Below, one piece after another: positions 27,613 through 35,931 of a DNA stretch of 64,000 nucleotides. The notes beneath the pieces are model-generated. The model ran no database searches and had not been told where the DNA came from. It saw nothing but the letters and a program-made list of their open reading frames with translations. How positions within the stretch are numbered: position 1 is the stretch's first letter; each line of letters opens with the position of its first letter. A program made the translations under genes and the position numbers. Where the stretch lies: the NCBI GenBank assembly GCA_021846515.1, contig JAJZWU010000005.1, forward strand, positions 4,659 to 68,658. The letters run 5' to 3'. The stretch is from Actinomycetes bacterium. GTDB lineage: Bacteria; Actinomycetota; Acidimicrobiia; Acidimicrobiales; JAMCPL01.

Positions 27613-29244
27613 ATGACCAAAATATTATCAATCGTATCAGGAGAGAGCACTACGCTGTTGGCGAATCGGCTTCCCTATGAGGTAAGGGTTGGAAAGGCTG
27701 CAACGCTAATCGCCGAAGAATGGCCACGATGCGACGCTATGGTAGTGTTCCTGGCTATCGGCGCACTGGTAAGAATAATCGCTCCACTGCTCTCCGGTAA
27801 ATATGATGACCCGGCAATTATATGCGTAGACAGCCATGGGAATTTTGTCGTACCAGTACTTGGGGGTCATTCCAGGGGAGCAAACGATATTGCACGTGAG
27901 GTAGCTAAAAGACTTGGTGCAACCGCCGTCATAACTACCGCTACAGACCACGACTCCAAGTCCACAATGGAGCCTCACGAATACATTGCTTTACACCCAG
28001 AGCACGCTGTCCTGCCTCCACATGGCAAAGAGCGGCACCTCATTACAGAAGAACCTCCCTGCGGGATGGACAACCCGAACAAAGCTACAGCTTCAGATAG
28101 ACTCCTTACCATAGGAGTCGGACTCTCTACACCGTGCAAGCCGGAGGATCTCCATCATCTGGTAAGTAGTGTAATAAGAGACAAGGAGCTGACCGCCGAC
28201 TCAATTGAATCAATTTCGACAATCGTTACCAGAATGTATCATCCGGCAATGGAGTATCTCAGTTCGCAATATCCCGGTATACCCGTGCGCACCTATACGG
28301 CTGAAGAGCTATCTATGATAGACACGCCAAATCCGAGCCATGCGGTAAAGCAGGCGGTAGGAACTCCAAGCGTTGCAGAGGCTGCTGCACTGGCGGCAGG
28401 CGGGCCTGGAGCTGAATTGGTAGTGGAAAAACAGGTCGGGAACCAGGCAACGGTAGCAATTGCAAAGCGTATTCGTAAACGCGGATCGCTCTCTATTGTA
28501 GGGATAGGTCCTGGAGATGTCATGTACCGTACGCCGGCCGCCACCGAAGCGATCGAGAGCGCAGGGTTGGTAATCGGATATGAACCATATATCGACCTGT
28601 GCTCACCTCTGCTTGGCCGTTCCCAGCAGGTAGAACGCTCGCCCATAGGTGCTGAAATGGCAAGAGCCGAACGTGCAGTACGATCAGCCGCCGGTGGAAT
28701 CAACGTGGCGCTTGTTTGCTCGGGTGATCCGGGAATATACGCCATGGCTTCACCCGTATTCCAGGTGTTGGACACGATACATGATGATCCCTGGGTCCAG
28801 GATATGGATATCAGAGTAATACCGGGCGTATCGGCGGCACAGGCAGCTGCGGCTCTACTTGGAGCCCCGCTCGGCCATGATCATGCTTATATCAGCCTAT
28901 CCGACCTACTGACACCGTGGGAGGTGATCGAGAAGCGGCTTATTGCCGCCGCATCTGCAGGATTGGCTATAGCAATATACAACCCAACGTCATCAAAGCG
29001 CCCAATGAATCTGGCTATGGCCCGCGATATACTGCTAAAGGTGCTGCCTGCAGGTACTCCCGTTGGAATCGTAGACCAGGCAGCCAGGAAGGGTGAAAAA
29101 TACAGCGTCATAACCCTGGGTGAGCTGGATGACGACTGCTGTACTATGACCACATGCCTGTTGATTGGGTCACCTCAGACTATAACGCATGGCAACACTA
29201 TGTACGCACCCAGAGGATACCAGAGAATGCAGTTGGGTGGGTAG
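27613..29244 (+). CDS. CbiG (cobalt-precorrin-5A hydrolase) fused to precorrin-3B/cobalt-factor-III C17-methyltransferase (CobJ/CbiH)
   Basis: 543 aa. CbiG N- and C-domains (…TIGVGLS…VGTPSVAEAAALAA…), then a tetrapyrrole methylase (SLSIVGIGPGDVMYRTPAATEAIESAGLVIGY). Confidence 0.85.
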   Translation: MTKILSIVSGESTTLLANRLPYEVRVGKAATLIAEEWPRCDAMVVFLAIGALVRIIAPLLSGKYDDPAIICVDSHGNFVVPVLGGHSRGANDIAREVAKRLGATAVITTATDHDSKSTMEPHEYIALHPEHAVLPPHGKERHLITEEPPCGMDNPNKATASDRLLTIGVGLSTPCKPEDLHHLVSSVIRDKELTADSIESISTIVTRMYHPAMEYLSSQYPGIPVRTYTAEELSMIDTPNPSHAVKQAVGTPSVAEAAALAAGGPGAELVVEKQVGNQATVAIAKRIRKRGSLSIVGIGPGDVMYRTPAATEAIESAGLVIGYEPYIDLCSPLLGRSQQVERSPIGAEMARAERAVRSAAGGINVALVCSGDPGIYAMASPVFQVLDTIHDDPWVQDMDIRVIPGVSAAQAAAALLGAPLGHDHAYISLSDLLTPWEVIEKRLIAAASAGLAIAIYNPTSSKRPMNLAMARDILLKVLPAGTPVGIVDQAARKGEKYSVITLGELDDDCCTMTTCLLIGSPQTITHGNTMYAPRGYQRMQLGG

Positions 29245-29266
29245 CCATAATTGGTAAGCTGGTAGC

Positions 29267-30193
29267 ATGAGCGTCACCACCGGGGATGTTACATCTATAC
29301 AGCTTGATTACTCTCGTTGCCGGGGTTGTGGCGACTGCATAATCACTTGCCATACACGGGCAATCCGGATTAACCTGGGCACTCTTTCCATAGATTACTC
29401 GCTCTGCGATATCTGTACGGAGTGTGTAGAGGTTTGTCCGGTAGATGCCTTCTCGACTATTATGGATAGCATAGAAGTACACCCTATCGAAGCAGAAAGT
29501 TATTCTATAATCCAGCCCATGCTGGAGGAGCTCAACGTCTCTCGTGAGCTGATTCCCCTAGCCGCAAGGGTACTCCATGCAACTACAGACAAAGAGCTTG
29601 CCGGATCGCTGTGGTGCAGTCAAAATGCAGTAAACCAAGTAATAACAGCGCTGCACGCAGGTTACCCAATAATTACCGACGTGGAGATGACCCGATCAGG
29701 ATTGACTGGAGCGCTAAAGCAAAGGGCAATCTGTGCGCTGTCGCTGCCGGATCATCCGCATACCAAGAGAGGCGATACTACAGATGCCCCCAGCACGCCG
29801 GCTGAGGATCTGATTGCTGAGCCACAGGACAACAGCACCACCAATACACCAAGCCTTCCAAATATACCGACTGTATCTGCCGCCTCTATGTTTGAAGCGG
29901 CAAGCCAATATCGTGACAACGCACTTTTTATAATCGGCTGTGCTCCTACCGCACTAGAACAGCTAATGGATATAACAGAATCAGGGCACTTAAGACCGGC
30001 CGGAGTGCTGGCTCTGCCGGTAGGGTTTGTCGGTGCGGAACAGGCAAAAAACCGCCTTATGAATCTGTCTGTACAGTACTCATTCCCAGCCATAACAAAT
30101 GTGGGGCCAAAGGGTGGCTCTGCCGCTACTGCTGCGTGCATGAATGCCATATACAGGGTCACCATAGAGAAAAAGAGGATGCCCTATGAGTAA
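29267..30193 (+). CDS. cobH: 2x[4Fe-4S] ferredoxin domain fused to precorrin-8X/cobalt-precorrin-8 methylmutase (CobH/CbiC)
   Basis: 308 aa. N-terminal CRGCGDCIITC and CDICTECVEVCP cluster motifs. The CbiC core follows (RVLHATTD, IIGCAPTAL, LPVGFVGAEQAK, GPKGGSAATAA) and is interrupted by a ~45-aa polar insert. Confidence 0.8.
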   Translation: MSVTTGDVTSIQLDYSRCRGCGDCIITCHTRAIRINLGTLSIDYSLCDICTECVEVCPVDAFSTIMDSIEVHPIEAESYSIIQPMLEELNVSRELIPLAARVLHATTDKELAGSLWCSQNAVNQVITALHAGYPIITDVEMTRSGLTGALKQRAICALSLPDHPHTKRGDTTDAPSTPAEDLIAEPQDNSTTNTPSLPNIPTVSAASMFEAASQYRDNALFIIGCAPTALEQLMDITESGHLRPAGVLALPVGFVGAEQAKNRLMNLSVQYSFPAITNVGPKGGSAATAACMNAIYRVTIEKKRMPYE

Positions 30194-31133
30194 GGCAGAA
30201 ACATATCCTATATCTTTTAAGTCCGATAGAAGCACTAACCCGCTAAACGGTATGCTGGTCATTGGACATGGCACCAGGTCACTTGAAGGTGCCCGCCAGC
30301 TAAGAGATTTCGCCAACTCCGTACAGGACGCCAGGCCAAATACCCCGGTCGCTTACGGTCTTATAGAGTTCGCACAAGAGACCGGCAGCCCGACACTGGA
30401 AAATGCAATAGATGCTTTGGTAGATATGGGGTCAAACAGGATAGTTGCCGTTCCCTTGGTGCTGCTCGGGGCAGGGCACATGAAAGATGACGGGCCTGCC
30501 ATACTAATGAACGCACGCAAGTCGCATGCTGGGCTTCATACTGTGTACGCACGCAACCTCGGCATACACCCTTTTGTACTGGACGTTACTGAGAAACGGG
30601 CTATCGAAGCCAATGCGGATAAATCCGACGCCGTGGTATTGGCCGGTCGTGGCTCTACTGATCCCGATGCCAACTCCGACCTGGCCAAAGTAGCCAGACT
30701 ACTGGCAGACGGCAGAGGATTGGGTTCAAGGGAACATGCCAGAGGTATTCCAGCCATTGCCCCACCGGAAAGTACAGTACCGCCAAGCATAGGCATAGTC
30801 GAGCCGGCTTTTGTGTCGCTGGCCGCCCCTGGAATACCGGAAGCACTCGAACGTTGCTACGCTCTGGGAGCCAGAAGTATATCGGTCGTACCGTACTTTA
30901 TCTTCACCGGCTTGCTCTTGGACAGGATTAGAGAGCAGGCTGCAGAGTGGTCGTCCAGCAAACCGGGAACAACCGTTGCCGTAGCCGATGAACTATGGCC
31001 GGATAAGCGCCTGGTGGAACTGGCCTGGATACGCTACGATGAGGCGCTGTATGGTAATGCTACAATGAACTGCGATTGCTGCATCTACAGATACCCATTG
31101 CCTGGTTATGAGGACAGGTATCAATCCGGATAA
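30186..31133 (+). CDS. cbiX: Sirohydrochlorin cobaltochelatase, long CbiX type
   Basis: 315 aa with two CbiX half-domains (LVIGHGTR... and LAGRGSTDPDANSD...). The C-terminal Cys cluster MNCDCC resembles the Fe-S motif of CbiX-long. It overlaps cobH by 8 nt. Confidence 0.8.
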   Translation: MSKAETYPISFKSDRSTNPLNGMLVIGHGTRSLEGARQLRDFANSVQDARPNTPVAYGLIEFAQETGSPTLENAIDALVDMGSNRIVAVPLVLLGAGHMKDDGPAILMNARKSHAGLHTVYARNLGIHPFVLDVTEKRAIEANADKSDAVVLAGRGSTDPDANSDLAKVARLLADGRGLGSREHARGIPAIAPPESTVPPSIGIVEPAFVSLAAPGIPEALERCYALGARSISVVPYFIFTGLLLDRIREQAAEWSSSKPGTTVAVADELWPDKRLVELAWIRYDEALYGNATMNCDCCIYRYPLPGYEDRYQSG

Positions 31134-31195
31134 CAGCCCACCATTCACACGTCGTCTCAGCAAAAGGCCACCTAATTAAGTGCCTACCTTGGGAA

Positions 31196-32614
31196 TCAAC
31201 GCTGGAAAGATTTAACCTGAAGATATTCCTCCAGACCAAAATGGCCGAGCTCACGACCTACACCAGACTGCTTGTAACCGCCGAATGGTGCAATGGGGTT
31301 GAAACCGCCACCATTGAGGTCGACCTGCCCTGTGCGCATCTTACGGCCAAATTTCTCTGCAGTCTCCAGATCGCCAGCCCAGACGGCGCCTGCAAGACCA
31401 TATATCGTATCATTGGCTATCCGCACGGCATCATTTTCATCCTCGTAGGGCAGTATCGAAAGCACAGGACCGAATATCTCTTCTTGAGCAATGGTCATAG
31501 AGCTGTCGACTTCTGAAAAGACCGTGGGCTTAACGAAAAATCCCCTATCGATACCCTCAGGCTGCTCTGCACCACCTGCAATCAGCTTGGCACCCTCGTC
31601 AATCCCTTTTTGAATATATCCACGTACCCTGTCGCGTTGGGCGGCTGAAACCAGCGGACCTATACGAGTAGTAAAGTCCATTGGGTCACCTACCTTGTAA
31701 TTCGCAGTCTCCGCGACCACCAATTCCTCAATCTCACCAAGTATACTTCTCGGCACTACCATCCTGGTCAGTGCAGAACATGTCTGCCCGGAGTTCAGAA
31801 AACACATTGACACCCCACCTGCAACCGCTGCAGCCAGGTCGGCACTTGGCAATATGACACATGCCGACTTACCGCCAAGCTCAAGGGTTACCTTCTTCAC
31901 ATTTTCGGCACCCAGTTGCATAACCCTCTTTCCTGCTCGCGTAGAGCCGGTAAACGACACCATATCTATATCCTTGTGAGATGCAATAGCCTCACCAACC
32001 ACCGTACCGGGACCACTCACCAAATTGAACACCCCTGGCGGCAATCCAATCTCATCAATAATCTCTGCCAGCAAAAATGCGTTAAGAGGCGCAACGTCGG
32101 AGGGCTTTAGAACTACCGTACATCCCGCAGCCAGTGCAGGAGCTACTTTTGCAGCTATCTGATGCAATGGGTAGTTCCAGGGAGTAATGGATCCGGTAAC
32201 CCCTATAGGTTCACGGACGACAAGCGAGTTGGAAATTTCCTCTTCAAAACTGAACTCAGAGAGAAGCTGGGCCATTGAGGAAAAGCTCATGACAGGCAAA
32301 CCAACCTGCACCAGGTTGGAGATTGCTAATGGAGTTCCCACCTCACCGGAGATCAAAGAAGCCATCTCGTCAATACGCGCAGATAGCCTCTCTTGTATCA
32401 TGGAAAGGAACTTTGCCCGTTCATCTCGTGAGGTGTTTGACCAATCATTGAATGCCTCGACGGCCGCAGAGACGGCTTTATCCACATCCGCTGCATTCCC
32501 CATAGGAATACTTCCCATTGCCTCTTCGGTGGTAGAATTGATGACTTCCATGGTAGAAGAGTCCGTAGGCTCCACCCATGCCCCTCCGATATATAGCCGA
32601 TCACGAGTAATCAT
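31196..32614 (-). CDS. NAD(P)-dependent aldehyde dehydrogenase
   Basis: 472 aa. ELGGKS and GQTCSALTR catalytic Glu/Cys motifs with full-length ALDH architecture. GGAAAGGAG SD. Confidence 0.9.
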   Translation of the reverse strand: MITRDRLYIGGAWVEPTDSSTMEVINSTTEEAMGSIPMGNAADVDKAVSAAVEAFNDWSNTSRDERAKFLSMIQERLSARIDEMASLISGEVGTPLAISNLVQVGLPVMSFSSMAQLLSEFSFEEEISNSLVVREPIGVTGSITPWNYPLHQIAAKVAPALAAGCTVVLKPSDVAPLNAFLLAEIIDEIGLPPGVFNLVSGPGTVVGEAIASHKDIDMVSFTGSTRAGKRVMQLGAENVKKVTLELGGKSACVILPSADLAAAVAGGVSMCFLNSGQTCSALTRMVVPRSILGEIEELVVAETANYKVGDPMDFTTRIGPLVSAAQRDRVRGYIQKGIDEGAKLIAGGAEQPEGIDRGFFVKPTVFSEVDSSMTIAQEEIFGPVLSILPYEDENDAVRIANDTIYGLAGAVWAGDLETAEKFGRKMRTGQVDLNGGGFNPIAPFGGYKQSGVGRELGHFGLEEYLQVKSFQR

Positions 32615-32842
32615 ATTTACGCTCCTTTCCAGATATCATCTTAAAGTATAGCCTGCCCGTCTTCAGAGCTTTGCCAAACCGTATGCCTGTAGTGCAAGTC
32701 TACCATAAAATGATCTATTTACAAATATGACGGCTGAGGCAGATCGTAGCATTCTGCTCGACGCTTATGACAGGACTTAATCTCCTGTTCTCGATGGATC
32801 TAAAACGGCATCCGGCCATTGATAGAGTACCGGAGATAATGA

Positions 32843-33706
32843 CTACCAGTCGGGAATCTCGTCGTCTACCAGTAAACCACGCAGATCGGGTTTTAGTTGC
32901 AACACGCGACCTCTCACGCCTACGCTCTGCAGGATGCTACTTCCCTCTGCCACTATCGTCGCAACATCAGAGGATTTGCATATAGCGAGCAACGTCGGAC
33001 CGGCACCTGACCAGCAGGAGGCCAAGGCTCCTCTTTCGAGCAGGGCAGACATGATCTCAGGGGCTTGCGGAAACAATGTACTACGATAATCCTGGTGCAG
33101 CCTGTCTGCACATACATCTTTGGTCAATCTCGACATGTCACCAAGCCCTGCAAGCAACATGGCCATCCTGCCCATGTTGAAGGTCACATCAGCACGATGT
33201 ACCATCTCCGGAAGAACTGATCTGGCTTTTTTGGTAGAAAGCGGCTGATCAGGCACTAAAGCAACAAATGATATCCTATCGTCAAGCGGGAACCTGGCTA
33301 CTTGAACTTTATTTCTGATAACAGTTGCCGACACAAGACCACCGTAATATGAGGCGGCAGCGTTCTCAGGGTGCCCATCTATCTCCGCACCGACCGAGAG
33401 AGGATCACGCGATCCTGCAGCTGCAGCCGCCGCTATGGCCAAAGCAGCAGATGACCCCAGTCCTCGCGCTACCGGGATAGAGGAACGAACTGAGATTGCC
33501 AGCCTATCATGACCGGCAACTTCAATGGCCACCATAGCTGCAAGATGGTTGGCATCATTTGCAAACTCAGCACCTTCTCCGGCACTTCGAACTATCAATC
33601 TATCCGCAGGCTCTATCTCCACCTCTATATACAATCCCAGTGCAAGCGCCAGGACATCGAATCCCGGACCTAGGTTGGCTGCTGATGCAGGTACTCTCGC
33701 TCTCAT
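32843..33706 (-). CDS. thrB: Homoserine kinase
   Basis: 287 aa GHMP kinase. PASAANLGPGFD and IPVARGLGSSAA motifs. SD present. Confidence 0.85.
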   Translation of the reverse strand: MRARVPASAANLGPGFDVLALALGLYIEVEIEPADRLIVRSAGEGAEFANDANHLAAMVAIEVAGHDRLAISVRSSIPVARGLGSSAALAIAAAAAAGSRDPLSVGAEIDGHPENAAASYYGGLVSATVIRNKVQVARFPLDDRISFVALVPDQPLSTKKARSVLPEMVHRADVTFNMGRMAMLLAGLGDMSRLTKDVCADRLHQDYRSTLFPQAPEIMSALLERGALASCWSGAGPTLLAICKSSDVATIVAEGSSILQSVGVRGRVLQLKPDLRGLLVDDEIPDW

Positions 33707-33777
33707 GCTTTCCTCTCCTCACCTTTTGCCTTACACACTTGCCTCATCGCCTCACACTCTACCTCTCCACCGACCAC

Positions 33778-33805
33778 TTGACCGTTTAAAACTATCTCAT
33801 ATAGT
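33778..33805 (+). promoter_or_regulatory. Putative promoter TTGACC-16 nt-TATAGT upstream of the carboxypeptidase gene
   Basis: Hexamers read directly. The -10 ends 30 nt before the ATG at 33836. Confidence 0.35.
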
Positions 33806-33835
33806 CGTTAAGCTATCATATATACCGATAGTAAG

Positions 33836-35215
33836 ATGAAAGTACGTTTAGCTATAGCTGCAGGACTCAGTATCGCAATAGTGGCAGTGTCTGCCCTGCT
33901 TTCCGCTGGCAGTTCAGCGCCGACGTCAGAGTATACACAATTATATGCCGTACCCTCCAGCGGGTTGATCAGAGCGTTGCACGCACAGATCGGCACACTG
34001 ACAATCCGCTATGAGCAATCGCACTATCCTGGATCCAGCCATACGCCCAATAAGCCATTCACTGCCAACCCCAAAGAAAGTATGCTCACCTCAGTATCGT
34101 CCGGCGATCCCGCCCGACCGGTAAACTCCATCCAGCTAGTCTCCAGCATAAAGGGCATCCCCTGGCCTGCCACTGGAGAGGCTGCCGTTGGGGTCGAAGG
34201 GTTGAACTTCATAGAGAGCAACCTGCCTGACAATCCACCCGTACCGATAGCAAGTCTTACAAAAATGATGACAGCGTATGTCATCTTGCAAGATCACCCA
34301 CTCTCTCCAGGTGAGAATGGACCGGCAATACGTGTCGACGAAGCCGACATAGAGACTACGTACAACGACGAGTTGAATGATGAAACCATCGTTCCAATTG
34401 TTCACGGTGAAGTACTGACCGAAAAGCAGGCACTGGAAGGACTCATGGTTCACTCTGCATGCAACCTTGCGTATGTACTTGCTCGCTGGGACAGCGGCAC
34501 TGCATCTGCATTCGTGGCAAAGATGAATAGGACAGCCAAAGCATTGGGCTTGGCCTCCACCAGATATGTAGGCCCGGCCGGTTTTTCGCCGGGATCGGTC
34601 AGCACAGCGGCTAGCTTAACCAAACTCGCTATGGACGCAATGTCAATACCGGCATTTGCGCGCATTGTCGACCACCCTGAAATCAACCTTCCAAACGCTG
34701 GAGTACTGGAAAATTATGTTAGCGCTATAGGCCAAAACGGAGTAATCGGAGTAAAATCTGGGTTCACCTACCAATCAGAAGGTTGCGTGGTACTGGCCGC
34801 CGTCCGCTACATAGGGAACACCCAGGTTACTATGATCGCAACGGTTACAGGTCAGGGAGGCATGGATCCATTGGGCAGCGCTCAAAATACCGCACTGGCA
34901 ATAATAGACTCGATACCCTCTCGTCTGTTTATTGATAGCACTGACCTGAGCGGCTACATTGTGGGCAACATACAACCATCATGGCTGAAAGTACATTCCG
35001 GCAAAAAGGCACAATACAGCATTGTAACCTCCGGAAATCTGAGTTTACTGGAATGGCCTGGAGCCGATCCCAGGGTAACCATAGAGTTCGGCAAGCGGTA
35101 CTACACCTGCAATATATTGCATCCCAATATACAAGTAGGAACCATGACGGCGTCGCTGGGCTCCTTTACTTCAGAGGTGCCGCTTGTGCTCCCTCATGCA
35201 CCACCATGCCGATAG
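33836..35215 (+). CDS. Serine-type D-Ala-D-Ala carboxypeptidase (S11 PBP) with C-terminal extension
   Basis: 459 aa. N-terminal signal/anchor, SxxK (IASLTKMM) and KSG (GVKSGFT) motifs. Confidence 0.75.
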   Translation: MKVRLAIAAGLSIAIVAVSALLSAGSSAPTSEYTQLYAVPSSGLIRALHAQIGTLTIRYEQSHYPGSSHTPNKPFTANPKESMLTSVSSGDPARPVNSIQLVSSIKGIPWPATGEAAVGVEGLNFIESNLPDNPPVPIASLTKMMTAYVILQDHPLSPGENGPAIRVDEADIETTYNDELNDETIVPIVHGEVLTEKQALEGLMVHSACNLAYVLARWDSGTASAFVAKMNRTAKALGLASTRYVGPAGFSPGSVSTAASLTKLAMDAMSIPAFARIVDHPEINLPNAGVLENYVSAIGQNGVIGVKSGFTYQSEGCVVLAAVRYIGNTQVTMIATVTGQGGMDPLGSAQNTALAIIDSIPSRLFIDSTDLSGYIVGNIQPSWLKVHSGKKAQYSIVTSGNLSLLEWPGADPRVTIEFGKRYYTCNILHPNIQVGTMTASLGSFTSEVPLVLPHAPPCR

Positions 35216-35257
35216 ACACATGCCCAAGCATCAGCCGGATACTCTCTTCTTCAGCAC

Positions 35258-35920
35258 TTATACCTTCAGCGCCACTCCGATAATATGGGGAGATACGGGG
35301 ACACACATCAGACACGGCTGAAAACGGAATCTGCGGACTGACTGTATTACAAAGCCACTCTGCTCTATCACCTTAAGTGTATCTCGTGATGTATGACAAC
35401 CGGCTCCCACATATGGCCAGAATGTATCTACTGCACGCTGGATAGATGCCAGCGTCCGTTCATTGGCCTGTACGTGTTCGTAAAATCGTAACTCGCCACC
35501 CAGCCTCAATGCACGATACATCTCCGCGAGGGCCACCCGCTGATCCGGTACCGAACAAAGCATAAGGGATGCAACTGCCACATCAAACGTAGCATCCGCT
35601 ACCGGCAGGCGAGAATCCAAACCACCCACGACCGCCACCCTCACGGAAGCATTCAAGGAAGCCTGAATGGCTGCCTCACGCATATGCGGCTCCGGCTCTA
35701 CGGCCATCACCCCGGCCACGGCATTGCCGTAATGGCGAAAATTAAGCCCGGTGCCTGCTCCTACTTCAAGCACCCTTCCGCTTGCTCCAGAGAGCAACTC
35801 TTCCCGGTGATTGGCAGCCCCCAGCCTCTCGGCACCGGGGGCAAACCGCGAATACATATAGGCAAACACCGGATGAGACATACCGCCATGTCTACCTGGC
35901 ATCCGAGGGGGACTACTCAC
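35258..35920 (-). CDS. Class I SAM-dependent methyltransferase
   Basis: 220 aa. Motif I is VLEVGAGTGLN. Substrate unknown. Confidence 0.75.
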   Translation of the reverse strand: MSSPPRMPGRHGGMSHPVFAYMYSRFAPGAERLGAANHREELLSGASGRVLEVGAGTGLNFRHYGNAVAGVMAVEPEPHMREAAIQASLNASVRVAVVGGLDSRLPVADATFDVAVASLMLCSVPDQRVALAEMYRALRLGGELRFYEHVQANERTLASIQRAVDTFWPYVGAGCHTSRDTLKVIEQSGFVIQSVRRFRFQPCLMCVPVSPHIIGVALKV

Positions 35921-35931
35921 GCAATCTCCCC

